Below, one piece after another: positions 7,597 to 18,600 of a stretch of DNA of 64,000 nucleotides (its first letter is position 1; each line of letters starts with the position of its first letter). This stretch comes from an uncultured Eubacteriales bacterium. Lineage in GTDB: Bacteria; Bacillota; Clostridia; Oscillospirales; CAG-272. Location: the NCBI GenBank assembly GCA_902491535.1, contig CABUHS010000007.1:17743-81742 (forward strand), read 5' to 3'. The translations under genes and the position numbers were made by a program. The notes under the pieces were generated by a model. It worked only from the letters and a program-made list of their open reading frames with translations, had not been told where the DNA came from and did no database searches.

Positions 7597-9999
7597 TCAT
7601 TTTACAACTATATTAACAAGCTTACCCGGAACATATATCTCTTTAACAGTTGTCTTACCGTCGGTCATAGACGCTACCTTTTCGTCGGCACGGGCAAGCG
7701 CAACAGCCTGCTCCTTGTCCGCATCAGCAGGTATAACAATAGTCGAACGCAGCTTTCCGTTGACCTGAACGGCTATCTCCACAGATTCGTCAACCGTCTT
7801 TGATTCATCATATTCCGGCCATGTTGCAAGAGAAGCAAGTCCCTTACCGCCGAGCAGCTGCCACATCTCTTCGCAAAGATGCGGAGCAAACGGGCAAAGA
7901 AGCTTTACGAATATAATGAGTTCGTCTTTGGTAAGACTTCCTTCATCATATATATCATTGAGAAGCGCCATAAGCGATGCAATAGCAGTATTGAACTTCA
8001 TTGAATCAATGTCGCCGGTAACCTTCTTGATAGTCTTATGGAATGCACTTTCAAGGGCAGGTGTAACTCCCGTACCTTTTATCATATCTGTCAGAGCAGC
8101 AGTCCTGTCAAGGAATCGGCGGCAACCCTTCACTGAGGTATCACTCCACGGAGCAGCAGAACCGTAATCGCCCATGAAAAGTACATATGTACGAAGTGTA
8201 TCCGCACCGTACTGATCCACAACATCATTAGGATCTACAACATTTCCGAGAGACTTTGACATTTTGACGCCGTTTGCGCCGAGAACCATTCCCTGCGCGG
8301 AGCGCTTAGCGTACGGTTCCGCAGTCGGAACTTCTCCTATATCATAAAGGAATCTGTGCCAGAAACGCGAATATATAAGGTGTCTTGTGACATGTTCCAT
8401 TCCGCCGTTGTACCAGTCTACAGGGAGCCAGTATTTCAGCTCCTCAGGATCTGCAAACACCTTGTCATTATGAGCGTCAATATAACGCAGGAAGTACCAT
8501 GACGAGCCTGCCCACTGAGGCATAGTATCCGTTTCGCGTTTTGCATCTCCTCCGCACTTCGGGCATTTACAGTTAACAAATGACTCTATTTTCGCAAGCG
8601 GTGATTCCCCGCCCTCTCCGGGTTCAAAATTTTCAACGTCAGGCAGACGGAGCGGAAGCTCCTCATAAGGAACTCCGACCATTCCGCATTTCGGACAGTG
8701 AACGATCGGTATAGGCTCACCCCAATAACGCTGGCGGTTGAACGCCCAGTCCTTCATCTTGTACTGTACGCCCTTTTCTCCGATTCCCTGCTCGGAGAGA
8801 TGTTCAATCATACGCTCTATTGAATCTTTCTTATTGGTAAAGCCGTTAAGAAATCCGGAATTTATCATTTCTCCGTCGCCTGTATAAGCTTCCTTTGAAA
8901 TATCTCCGCCCTTTATGACCTCAACAATATCTATGCCGAATTTTTTTGCAAAATCGTAATCGCGCTCGTCATGTGCGGGTACTGCCATAATAGCGCCTGT
9001 TCCGTATCCCATCATGACATAGTCGGAAATGTATATCGGGATCTCTTTACCGGTTATAGGATTGATTGCAGAAAGACCGTTTAAGCAAACTCCGGTCTTG
9101 TCCTTAACAAGCTGTGTACGCTCAAATTCTGTTTTCTTCGCACACTCTGCTCTGTAACCTGTAACCGCGTCCATATTAGATACGCGGTCGGCATATTTAT
9201 CGATAAGCGGATGTTCAGGAGCCATTACCATAAATGTAACGCCGAAAAGCGTATCCGGACGAGTCGTATATATACGGAGCTTTTCGTCAGTTCCTGAAAT
9301 ACTGAAATTAACAAATGCGCCTGTTGAACGTCCTATCCAGTTTTCCTGCTGCATACGTATATTAGCAGGATAATCGACAGTATCGAGACCTTCGAGCAGC
9401 TTATCCGCGTATTCAGTTATTCTGAGATACCATACATCCTTGGACTTCTGTACAACATCGCTGTGACAGATATCGCACTTTCCTCCCTGTGAATCCTCGT
9501 TAGAAAGAACCACCTTACAGGACGGGCAATAGTTTACAAGTGTCTTGTCACGGAAAACAAGTCCGTGATCGAACATTTTACGGAAGATCCACTGCGTCCA
9601 TTTATAATAGTCTTCCTCTGTTGTATCGACCGTTCTTGTCCAGTCAAATGAGAAGCCGACACGCTTTAACTGTTCCTTGAAATGCGTGATATTCTTATCG
9701 GTAACCTCTCTCGGATGCATATTATTTTTTATCGCATAATTCTCTGTAGGAAGACCGAATGCATCAAAACCTATAGGAAACAGAACGTTATAGCCCTGCA
9801 TGCGCTTTTTGCGGCATATGACCTCCATTCCGGAATATGCCTTTATATGACCGACATGCATACCTGCTCCTGAAGGATACGGAAACTCAACGAGACCGTA
9901 AAACTTCGGCTTCGTTTTATCGAATGACGCGTGAAACGCGCCCTGCTCCTCCCATATATCCTGCCACTTTTTGTCGGATACTTTAAAATCGTACTTCAT
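7597..9999 (-). CDS. leuS: leucyl-tRNA synthetase
   Basis: 800-aa ORF with class I motifs (PYPSGAGMHVGH = HIGH, KMSKS), typical LeuS length and a CP1 editing region. Confidence 0.97.
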   Translation of the reverse strand: MKYDFKVSDKKWQDIWEEQGAFHASFDKTKPKFYGLVEFPYPSGAGMHVGHIKAYSGMEVICRKKRMQGYNVLFPIGFDAFGLPTENYAIKNNMHPREVTDKNITHFKEQLKRVGFSFDWTRTVDTTEEDYYKWTQWIFRKMFDHGLVFRDKTLVNYCPSCKVVLSNEDSQGGKCDICHSDVVQKSKDVWYLRITEYADKLLEGLDTVDYPANIRMQQENWIGRSTGAFVNFSISGTDEKLRIYTTRPDTLFGVTFMVMAPEHPLIDKYADRVSNMDAVTGYRAECAKKTEFERTQLVKDKTGVCLNGLSAINPITGKEIPIYISDYVMMGYGTGAIMAVPAHDERDYDFAKKFGIDIVEVIKGGDISKEAYTGDGEMINSGFLNGFTNKKDSIERMIEHLSEQGIGEKGVQYKMKDWAFNRQRYWGEPIPIVHCPKCGMVGVPYEELPLRLPDVENFEPGEGGESPLAKIESFVNCKCPKCGGDAKRETDTMPQWAGSSWYFLRYIDAHNDKVFADPEELKYWLPVDWYNGGMEHVTRHLIYSRFWHRFLYDIGEVPTAEPYAKRSAQGMVLGANGVKMSKSLGNVVDPNDVVDQYGADTLRTYVLFMGDYGSAAPWSDTSVKGCRRFLDRTAALTDMIKGTGVTPALESAFHKTIKKVTGDIDSMKFNTAIASLMALLNDIYDEGSLTKDELIIFVKLLCPFAPHLCEEMWQLLGGKGLASLATWPEYDESKTVDESVEIAVQVNGKLRSTIVIPADADKEQAVALARADEKVASMTDGKTTVKEIYVPGKLVNIVVK

Positions 10000-10037
10000 T
10001 ATATATAATGTCCTTTCAAAACTTTCACAGTGCCGTA

Positions 10038-10568
10038 TCAGTAGAGCAGTTCGGAAATGTCTATTTCCTCAGCTTCTCCCCACAGCTTTTCAAGATTATA
10101 GAAATTGCGCGATTCGCGGTCAAATATATGAACAATTACCGATGCATAGTCCATTATTATCCAACTTGCCTCATTATATCCCTCAATATGTCCCGGATGT
10201 ATTCCCGCCTCGGCGAGTTTTTCCTCAAGCTCTGACGAAAGAGCGCGAAGCTGAGTGTTGGATGTTCCGGTACACAGAACAAAATAATCTGCTATCACCG
10301 TTTTATCGCCAACATACAGAACTTTAAGTCCGCGTGCTTTTTTAGAATCAAGCACACTTACTACCGCTTTTGCAAGCTCACGCGGATCCTGCATATTTTC
10401 GGGAATAATAGCCTTCTTCTGCTCACCGCTTTCCGCCATAAGAGTTTCGTACTCTATCTCGGTATATTCTTCATCGTCTATATAATCTTCCTCGGTCTCA
10501 TAAATGTCAGTATCACCCGGCATCTGCAGTTCATCAAACTGCCCGGAACCGTTATTCTCAAGTTTCAT
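10038..10568 (-). CDS. rsfS: ribosome silencing factor RsfS (iojap family) with an acidic N-terminal extension
   Basis: The C-terminal approx. 110 aa (DYFVLCTGTSNTQLRALSSELEEKL...SWIIMDYASVIVHIFDRESRNFYNLEKLW) is a canonical RsfS core. It lies 38 nt upstream of leuS. Confidence 0.85.
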   Translation of the reverse strand: MKLENNGSGQFDELQMPGDTDIYETEEDYIDDEEYTEIEYETLMAESGEQKKAIIPENMQDPRELAKAVVSVLDSKKARGLKVLYVGDKTVIADYFVLCTGTSNTQLRALSSELEEKLAEAGIHPGHIEGYNEASWIIMDYASVIVHIFDRESRNFYNLEKLWGEAEEIDISELLY

Positions 10569-10665
10569 ATCGCCTATGCCATCCCTTCTTTATAAACAAG
10601 CACTCCGGAGAATCGTCCTCCGGATACATAAATACAATTTAAATTACGGTTTATATATTTAATTA

Positions 10666-10694
10666 ATTTTATCACATTTTCATATTAAGGTCAA
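10666..10694 (-). promoter_or_regulatory. promoter for rsfS-leuS
   Basis: Minus strand reads TTGACC, 17 nt, TAAAAT. Confidence 0.45.
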
Positions 10695-10844
10695 GTAGTT
10701 TGATAATAAATCACATGTATTTGTTGCATCAATACCTTACCAATACACTTGCCGGCAATATTTCCGGTTCTTAAACAGCCTGTGCTATCCAAAACATGTT
10801 AAACGGGCAGAGCCATTCGGCTCTGCCCGCATAAAAGTTATGAA

Positions 10845-12293
10845 TCAGTGCGATATAAGAGGGATATTAAGCTCACCGTTATTTATTTCATTTGCATTGT
10901 ATATATCGTCATCAAGCGATTCATTGTGTGCGGAAAGATATATCTTACTTATATATTGATTATTTTCAGCATTAAACATAAGCTTAGGATCAATTGAAGT
11001 CTCGGTCAGCGGAGTTGTATACGGATTGAAGTACTTGTTAACCAGATCAAGCATGTCTGCGCGGCGCATTACGTAATACGAAAGTCCGTATGTTCCGTGT
11101 TCACGGGTAGCATCTCCGGGCATAGTCAGAAATGTTATGTTTTCAAAATCAACGTTATTAAGGAAATTCTTTCCGAAATAAACACAGTCAAGTACCTTCA
11201 TATTGGTGTTTACCATTCCGATCGTTGTTTCAGCAAGCTTTGCAACATTGGAAATGCTTACACTGCTTTTAAGCTGTCGGAAGAGCGCGCTCATGAATAC
11301 CTTCTGCGCATCTACTCTTCCTATATCTCCCTCAACATAACCGTATCTGAAACGGACAAAATGCTCAGCCAGCTCACCGTTAAGCTTGTGATGTCCCTGC
11401 TTCAGATCTATATAAAGATCCTGATCCGGATCCTGATATTTCATATCATAAGCAAGATCGATCTCAACGCCGCCTATCGCGTCTACAATATCATTAAATC
11501 CGCCCAAATCAACCATAGCCCAAAAGTCGATCGGAATACCGAGTCCGTCCTCAATAACATGTGCCAGTCCGCTCATTCCGGAAGCGATCTTTTCATCCTT
11601 ATCAGTCAAAGATCTATCGCGCATAGCTCCATACACACTGTTGATTTTGCGCGCATATCCGTTCGCTTCTATATACGTATCTCTCGGTACCTGCATTATA
11701 GAGACAGCTCCGTTTTCGGTGTCAAACGAAACAAGCATTATAACATCGGTATTAACTGCAACCGCGTCGTGTCCGACCGCAAGCATAGTGTAAAAGCCTT
11801 TTTTACGTTCATTGCCTACGTTCGATATTACGGGAGCAGTTCCGAGATCGTCAGCGGCAGTTTCGGTATCCTTAGGAGTATCCGTAAACACAGCCGACGT
11901 GTCGCGTCCCGAAGGTCCGGGAGACATAGGCGGCTCGTAGGTATCAACTACACGCCAAAAAATAAATATAACAACAGCAAGAACAACAAGAAAAATTCCG
12001 ACGCTTATAAGCGCAGTGTTTCTTCTCCGTTTCTTTGCCGCCCGGCTTTTTTCCGGACGTCTTGCCGAACCTACAGATGAAGTGCCGGAATGAGTTCTCT
12101 TGTCTTCGGCAGATGAAGCACGGCGATCCGAATGTAACTCACGATGATCGTCGCTGCTGCGCTTTGAGGAATTTCCGCTTTGGGAGCTTACTCGGGAACG
12201 CTCCTGCGAAACATGGGAATTGCTGTCCGTATGATTTCTTTCTCCGGACGGGCGTCGGTTTGATCCGTTTATATCATTTCTGTTGTTATCCAT
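10845..12293 (-). CDS. LytR-CpsA-Psr (LCP) family cell-envelope phosphotransferase with a disordered N-terminal tail
   Basis: LCP core motifs (NTDVIMLVSFDTENGAVSIMQVPRDTY, RFRYGY..GDIGR) follow a single TM helix. The preferred start is the ATG at 12291-12293, which has a GGAG 6 nt upstream. The ORF track extends to a GTG at 12347. Confidence 0.85.
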   Translation of the reverse strand: MDNNRNDINGSNRRPSGERNHTDSNSHVSQERSRVSSQSGNSSKRSSDDHRELHSDRRASSAEDKRTHSGTSSVGSARRPEKSRAAKKRRRNTALISVGIFLVVLAVVIFIFWRVVDTYEPPMSPGPSGRDTSAVFTDTPKDTETAADDLGTAPVISNVGNERKKGFYTMLAVGHDAVAVNTDVIMLVSFDTENGAVSIMQVPRDTYIEANGYARKINSVYGAMRDRSLTDKDEKIASGMSGLAHVIEDGLGIPIDFWAMVDLGGFNDIVDAIGGVEIDLAYDMKYQDPDQDLYIDLKQGHHKLNGELAEHFVRFRYGYVEGDIGRVDAQKVFMSALFRQLKSSVSISNVAKLAETTIGMVNTNMKVLDCVYFGKNFLNNVDFENITFLTMPGDATREHGTYGLSYYVMRRADMLDLVNKYFNPYTTPLTETSIDPKLMFNAENNQYISKIYLSAHNESLDDDIYNANEINNGELNIPLISH

Positions 12294-12407
12294 TTTAATC
12301 TCCATTCTGATGGTGCGTCTGATAAATGATACTTTCAAACGCTGCACCGTATTGCTTTATTTATTTCCGCACTGCAGATCATATTCAGAATTGCGTGCAG
12401 GTTAAAA

Positions 12408-13100
12408 TTATTCGCCGATAAATGCGCATTCACCGCGGATAAGCGCATTCCGAGCTACAACCGTTTCCGAAAAAATCTCCTGTCTCTCCTCAAGCAGGCA
12501 TTTTACAGTCATATCAAACGACAGGATAAGCGTTTCCCTAAGATGCACACAAAGCGCTGCTATATCACCGCTTACCTTTTCTGCTCCTTTATAGAAAAAG
12601 TGTCTGAGCTTTACGCAGTCTTCAAAGCTGCGTCCCGGTTCAATATAATCCGCAAGATAAAGCAGACTGTCGAAAAGCGTCATGCCGCTCCTTCCGGTAG
12701 TATGAGATGCGATCGCCGTACACATCTCTTCATCGCAAAACTGCGGATACAGCTCACGGACAAAAGCTGCCGCAGTCCAACCGTGAAATACTTTCGGCGA
12801 GCATACAGCATCAGCAGGATACACGATTCCAAAACGGTCACAAAGAGCGATCTGCTCCTCCGTATTTTTTTCCTTAGTTATATCGTGAAGCAAGCCTGAT
12901 GCACAAAGCCGCAGCGAATCGTTTTTACTGAATCCGAAAAGTTCTGCAAGAGCCTTACATTCAGTTTCAACCCCAAGTGTATGTGAAAATCGGCGATCGC
13001 TGATAAATCCTTCTTTTCTTATTTTATCGCGAAGTTCCGACAGCTTTTGCTCATCGTATTGACAGCTGCGTCCATCCTTCGCCGTTATTATTTCCGTCAT
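12408..13100 (-). CDS. yqeK: HD-domain phosphohydrolase, YqeK family
   Basis: HD motif region RFSHTLGV...GLLHDITKE, and the conserved position immediately after nadD. Confidence 0.8.
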   Translation of the reverse strand: MTEIITAKDGRSCQYDEQKLSELRDKIRKEGFISDRRFSHTLGVETECKALAELFGFSKNDSLRLCASGLLHDITKEKNTEEQIALCDRFGIVYPADAVCSPKVFHGWTAAAFVRELYPQFCDEEMCTAIASHTTGRSGMTLFDSLLYLADYIEPGRSFEDCVKLRHFFYKGAEKVSGDIAALCVHLRETLILSFDMTVKCLLEERQEIFSETVVARNALIRGECAFIGE

Positions 13101-13161
13101 AAATAAAAATTATCCTCTTGAGCATAAATATACATCAAAATCTCAGCCGGACACCGTATTG

Positions 13162-13800
13162 TCAGCATTTTGTGCCGTACAGTCCCTTTTTTTGTATATA
13201 TTCAGCGACAGCTGCAGGGACAAGTCCGTCGATATTCCTTCCGGATAACAGCGCTTCTCTCACCTCGGTCGATGAAAGCTCGACTGCCGGCGACCGAAGC
13301 ATAGTTATTCTCGCGCCGAATCTTTTTTTATAATGATCACATGCTTCCGATATCTGTATTTCAACAGATTCAGATACACGCTCACGCCGCATAAAAGCAA
13401 TCTCGGCAAGCTCAAATATCCGTTCCGGTCTGTACCATGTTCCGAGTGATAAAAACATGTCTGTTCCGCACAGAAATATCAGATCGCCCTCGTCACAAAA
13501 ATATTCAAGAGTATTCACCGTATAGCTTTTTCCGCCACGGACAATCTCAAAATCAGACACTGAAGCCCCGTCAATCCCCGAAAAAGCAAGTTTCGCCATT
13601 TCGAGCCTGTCAGAAGGATCGTCATCAGGTTCGCTTGTTTTATGCGGCGGTATAAACGTAGGCATAATATACAGCTTATCGAGCCGTACTTCTTCGGTAA
13701 AACACCTCGCGGCATGAACATGACCGTTATGAGGCGGGGCAAACGTCCCGCCGTATATGCCTATCCGTTTTCGCGGCGCATTGACTGATGCCGCGGTCAT
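13162..13800 (-). CDS. nadD: nicotinate-nucleotide adenylyltransferase
   Basis: GIYGGTFAPPHNGH nucleotidyltransferase motif, about 200 aa, in nadD-yqeK synteny. Confidence 0.9.
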   Translation of the reverse strand: MTAASVNAPRKRIGIYGGTFAPPHNGHVHAARCFTEEVRLDKLYIMPTFIPPHKTSEPDDDPSDRLEMAKLAFSGIDGASVSDFEIVRGGKSYTVNTLEYFCDEGDLIFLCGTDMFLSLGTWYRPERIFELAEIAFMRRERVSESVEIQISEACDHYKKRFGARITMLRSPAVELSSTEVREALLSGRNIDGLVPAAVAEYIQKKGLYGTKC

Positions 13801-14435
13801 TTTCCGCAGATCCTTCCGGACTCAAGCTCTGACGCGAAAATCGAAGAAAACTTTTCAAGCGCCATAGCTCTGTGACTTATACGGTTTTTTTCGTCGGCGG
13901 TAAGCTCCGCAAAGGTTTTTTCAAGCGGAGCATAATAAAACAGCGGATCGTAGCCGAAACCGCCTTTTCCGCGCGGCGAATCAAAAATCAGCCCCTCGCA
14001 TTCGCCGCGGCATAATATCTCTCTGCCGTCCGGCATAATGCAGCATATTACCGAGACAAACCGCGCGGTACGCTTTTCGGGAGAAACTTCTTTAAGCTCG
14101 AAGAGCAGCTTCTCGTTATTCGCGCTGTCTCCTCCTCCGGAATATCTCGCAGAATATACGCCGGGAGCGCCGCCGAGCGCATCGACTTCAAGTCCGGAAT
14201 CGTCTGCTACGGCAAACCGATCCGGAGCGGCAAGTGCAGAGGCTTTTATCCTCGCGTTCTCTTCAAAGGTACTGCCGTTTTCCTCTATTTCATCGGTCAT
14301 TCCGACATCCTCAGCCGTTAAAACACAAAATTCGACATCTGAGGAATCAGAAATTCCGGAGAGCATCCTGCCGAGAATACTCTCCATCTCTTTTACTTTA
14401 TTTTTGTTATGAGTTGCAAGCACAAATTTAAGCAC
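13797..14435 (-). CDS. rdgB: non-canonical purine NTP pyrophosphatase (RdgB/HAM1 family)
   Basis: Motifs LATHNKNKVKE, DDSGLEVDALGGAPGVYSARY and GFGYDPLF. It overlaps nadD by 4 nt. Confidence 0.9.
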   Translation of the reverse strand: MLKFVLATHNKNKVKEMESILGRMLSGISDSSDVEFCVLTAEDVGMTDEIEENGSTFEENARIKASALAAPDRFAVADDSGLEVDALGGAPGVYSARYSGGGDSANNEKLLFELKEVSPEKRTARFVSVICCIMPDGREILCRGECEGLIFDSPRGKGGFGYDPLFYYAPLEKTFAELTADEKNRISHRAMALEKFSSIFASELESGRICGK

Positions 14436-14464
14436 AGTGCAGCCATCCTTTTATATCAAAAATA

Positions 14465-15370
14465 TTATTCAAACAGCGCGCGGACAAAATCGTCTGCGCT
14501 GAACTGTTCAAGATCGTCCACCTGTTCTCCGACACAAATATATTTAACAGGGATTCCAAGTTCTTCTTTAATTGAAAATACTATTCCGCCTTTTGCAGTT
14601 CCGTCAAGCTTTGTAAGAACAAGTCCTGTTATGTCTGCAGCGTTTTTGAATTCCTTTGCCTGGCTTATCGCATTCTGGCCGGTCGTGGCGTCGACCACAA
14701 GCAGCGTATCGCGGTCGCATCCGGGAAGCTCGCGGGATATGACTCTGTCTATCTTTGCAAGCTCATCCATAAGATTTTTCTTGTTATGGAGACGGCCTGC
14801 CGTATCTATTATCAGCACATCGGCGTCCCTTTTCTTCGCCGCCGCAGCCGCGTCATATACAACAGCCGCAGGATCAGACCCCTCCGTATGCTTTATAAGC
14901 TCAACTCCGACACGGTCAGCCCATACCTGAAGCTGGTCTATCGCAGCCGCGCGGAATGTATCTGCCGCCGCAAGAATAACCTTTTTTTCGCCGCGCTTAA
15001 GGCTAGCGGCTATCTTAGCTATCGACGTAGTCTTTCCGACGCCGTTTACTCCTATGACAAGAACCACAGACGGTTTTGTACCGAGCCGCAGCGGTTCGCC
15101 CTCTCCAATCTCATTTTTAAGAATATCTATAAGAGCTTCTCTCGCCGCTTCCGTATCGGAAATACGGTCATTCTTTATACGCTCACGAAGTGCGTCAATT
15201 ATCTTTTCGGTCGGAGCGACTCCGACATCAGCCATTATAAGCAACTCTTCAAGCTCCTCAAGCATATCCTCGTCGACGCGAACAAACGCTTTGAAAAGAT
15301 TATCCACCTGCTTGAAGATGCCGTCCTTTGTTTTTGTAAGACCTTTTTTAAGCTTATCGAAAAAAGACAT
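14465..15370 (-). CDS. ftsY: signal recognition particle receptor FtsY
   Basis: SRP-GTPase NG domain (GVNGVGKTTSIAK, DTAGR, TKLDGTAKGG). The start is set at MSFFDKLKKGL (ATG 15368-15370). The ORF track extends to 15412. Confidence 0.95.
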   Translation of the reverse strand: MSFFDKLKKGLTKTKDGIFKQVDNLFKAFVRVDEDMLEELEELLIMADVGVAPTEKIIDALRERIKNDRISDTEAAREALIDILKNEIGEGEPLRLGTKPSVVLVIGVNGVGKTTSIAKIAASLKRGEKKVILAAADTFRAAAIDQLQVWADRVGVELIKHTEGSDPAAVVYDAAAAAKKRDADVLIIDTAGRLHNKKNLMDELAKIDRVISRELPGCDRDTLLVVDATTGQNAISQAKEFKNAADITGLVLTKLDGTAKGGIVFSIKEELGIPVKYICVGEQVDDLEQFSADDFVRALFE

Positions 15371-15615
15371 AAAAACTCCATTCCGCCGCACCGCGGCGTT
15401 TAATATTATCACAAAGCAAGCGGCATATCCGGCACATAACAGCTAAATGCCGATAACGGAGAGCAACATTCTTAAGCTGACTGTATTTATAAAGCAACTT
15501 TCCAGTCACCAAACCGAAAAGTCAGCCGATAATCTCCGTATAATATAATAACACATATTTTTTATAAGTTTAAAATATTATAATAATATTATTCGAATAC
15601 TTTGTGAATTTTTGA

Positions 15616-18600
15616 TCAGTTTATTTTTACACCCAGACGGTTTTCCACCTCGGTAATATTAAGCGTGAGAACTCTCGAAATTCCGCGTTCCGGCATGGTA
15701 ACACCGTAAAGCGTATCCGCAATCTCCATTGTTCCTCGCCTATGAGTTATAACAACAAACTGCGTGTTGCCGGAATAACGTTTGATATAATCCGCAAATC
15801 GGGCGACGTTAACGTCGTCGAGAGCCGCCTCTATCTCATCAAGTACCGCAAACGGCGTAGGATTTACACTGAGTATCGCAAAAAACAGAGCGATTGCAAC
15901 AAACGACTGCTCGCCTCCGGACAGCAGGGACATGCTCTTTACTATCTTTCCGGGAGGCGCGACGTTTATCTCGATTCCGCAGCCGAGCGGATCTTCGCGG
16001 TCGGTCAGGCGCAGCTCTGCGGTACCTCCGCCGAAAAGCTCTCTGAACGTAACCTTAAAGTTCGCGTCAAGCTGCTCCATAACGTCTATAAAGCGTTCTT
16101 TCATCTCGGTTTCAAGCTCTGAGATTATATTTTCAAGATCGTCCTTCGACACGCACAGATCATCGTACTGAGTTCTCATAAACTCAGCGCGTTCGCTTAC
16201 CTCTTTATATTCGTCTATAGCGCCGACATTAACCGACCCGAGCGCGCGTATCTTTGTTTTAAGCTCATTCTGCCTTGAAACAGACTGCACTCTGCTCTCC
16301 TCCGTAACAGGCGGATAGTCAAGCGCTGCGGCAGCCGCATATGTAAGCTCGTATTCATCCCAAAGCTTTGACGAAAGCTTGTCCTGCTCCGACTTCGCCT
16401 GTTCGTATTTTGAATCAAGTCCGGTATATGCACGGAAAAGATTCTCCCGTCTGTGAGATTCTTCTTTTATTTTATCGCGAAGCTTTGAAAGCGCCGCATC
16501 GCTTTCAAGTCCCTTATCTGCAAGCCTTGCATTTTCCTGTTCGAGCCGCTGTGCATCCGCTTTGAGTTCGGAAAGCTCTGCCCGGGCGGTCTCAAGCTGT
16601 GCTTTATACTGCCCGGTCTGAAAATCGGCTCCGGCAATGTTTTCTTCATCGCCGGCTGCTCGCAGGCGAAGCGACTCCTCCGTGCTTCGGCTGAGTTCAA
16701 CATCTCTTTCGGTGCTTTCAATATCCTTTTCGGTCTGGGTTATCCTGATAAGCTTCTCATTAGCACGCTCGAGCGCGCGTGAGATATTCCTGTTAAGCTC
16801 CTCATGCTGCTTTTCAAGCCCGTCTCTGCGGCCTTCCTCTGCAGACAGCTCAGCTGTGAGACGTTCGTTTTCACTCTCAAGATTTTCGCGTTCATCATCT
16901 CCGCGCTCACTCTCGGCGCTGAGCTGTTCAAGCTCACCTGATATCCTGCCGTACTGTTCGCGATCGTTTTCAAGCTGAGACTGAAGCACAAGCTTCTGCG
17001 TCTGTTCAGCTCCGATCATAGTCTCGAGTACCGAAAGATCCTGCTTTACACCTTCGAGTTCATCGGCAAGGCCGTCCGACTCGCGCTGAAGCGACTCAAC
17101 CCTTTCGCGGTTTGCCGTAAGCTCTATATTCAGCTTTTCAGCTTCACTTTCAAACCTTGCGATCTCCTGAGCGCGTGTAAGCATTCCGCTGTCGCGTTTT
17201 GAAGATCCGCCGGTAAAAGAACCGCCGGCGTTGATTATCTGACCGTCAAGCGTAACTATACGAAGTCTGTAGCCCGTAGCCTTTGCACAGTCTGTGGCAT
17301 TGTCGATATTATCGAATACAGCCGTTCTGCCGAGCATATATCCGATAACGCCCCCGCACCTGTCATCGCAGGTTATAAGCTCCGATGCAATTCCGAGATA
17401 ACCTGCATTGCGTTCAAGAGAGGATATGTTCATATTGAGCGGCTGCGCCTTTACCGAAGTTATCGGATAAAAGGTCGCGCGCCCGGCACCGCTTTGCTTA
17501 AGCAGGGAAATAGCGCGTTTTGCCGCCTCTTCGTTCTCAACTATAATGTTCTGAATATTAGCACCGAGAGCCGTCTCGACAGCAACGCTGTATTTTTTCG
17601 GAACATCTATCATTCGCGATACCGGACCGAGAATGCCGCTTAGGCGTCCTCTCTCCGAATTGTCCATAACAAAACGAACGCTGTTATTATATCCCTCAAA
17701 ATGCTCTTCCATACGCTTAAGCGTATCGGCACGCTGTTTTTTCGATGTAAGTTCGGTAACAAGCTTACCCTGAGCAGATCGAAGCTCCTCTATACGTGCA
17801 TCGAGAGCCTTTATTTTTTCACTCAGTTCGGTACAGAGTCCGTTTTTCTGTTCGGATCTCTGCATGTAATCCGCAATAGTCCGTTCAGCCTTTCCTATCC
17901 TTTCTTCAAGAAGCGCATCGCGCTCGGAGATTTCGGAAAGCTCGGAAGACAGGCTTTCCTTTCTTCCGCCGATACTGTCATGGAAGCCCGCTATCTCCGA
18001 AAGCCTGATTTTTCCGGCTACAAGCGTATCATTCATAGCACGAATCTTTCTGTCAGACTCAACCATATCAGATTCTATGCCGACACGCTTTTCCTTAAGT
18101 CCGTCAGCCTCTGCGATGATATCCTCATGTTCTCTGCGCTGACCTGCAAGCGTTTCTTTAAGTACGGCAAGAGCCGCACACAGCTCTTCCGTATTTTTTT
18201 CCGCATCTGCGATAGCTGCGCGATGCATGCTCAGATCTGCTCCCGCGCCAGTCTTTTTGTCTTTAAGATGTTCAAGCTCATTATTTATAACGCGGATATT
18301 TCCTTCAAGCTCAAGCGCCGCCGCACTGTTTTCGCGCAGCGCCCGCTGAGTCTGCTCAGCCTTTATTTTTGTTACCTGAGACTCGTCGTACAGATGCTCA
18401 TTTTTTGACTCAAGCGCAGAAAGCTCCCCGTCCGCCTCATCAAGCACGCGCTTTGCAACAGCTACAGAATCAGAAAGTTCGCTCACCTTTTTTCTGACAT
18501 TTTCAACGTCATACAGCCAAAGCGCAACGTCAAGGCGCTTTTTCTCTTCAAACAGTTCAAGATATTTTTTTGCCTTTTCCGATTCCTTTGAAAGCGGTGC

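Noticed and set aside
10000-10844. T-box leader for leuS
   Set aside because: Only 38 nt separate rsfS and leuS. The rsfS leader shows no specifier loop, AGAGA motif or T-box sequence (..GGTGGTACCGCG..).
11097-12080. 327-aa plus-strand ORF, with similar long antisense ORFs at 17701-18408, 23384-24322, 14409-15446, 45819-46664 and 29319-30241
   Set aside because: All lie antisense inside well-supported genes (LCP, smc, topA, ftsY, the His-rich enzyme, the low-complexity protein). Their translations are low-complexity, they lack RBSs, and they are explained by codon and composition bias.
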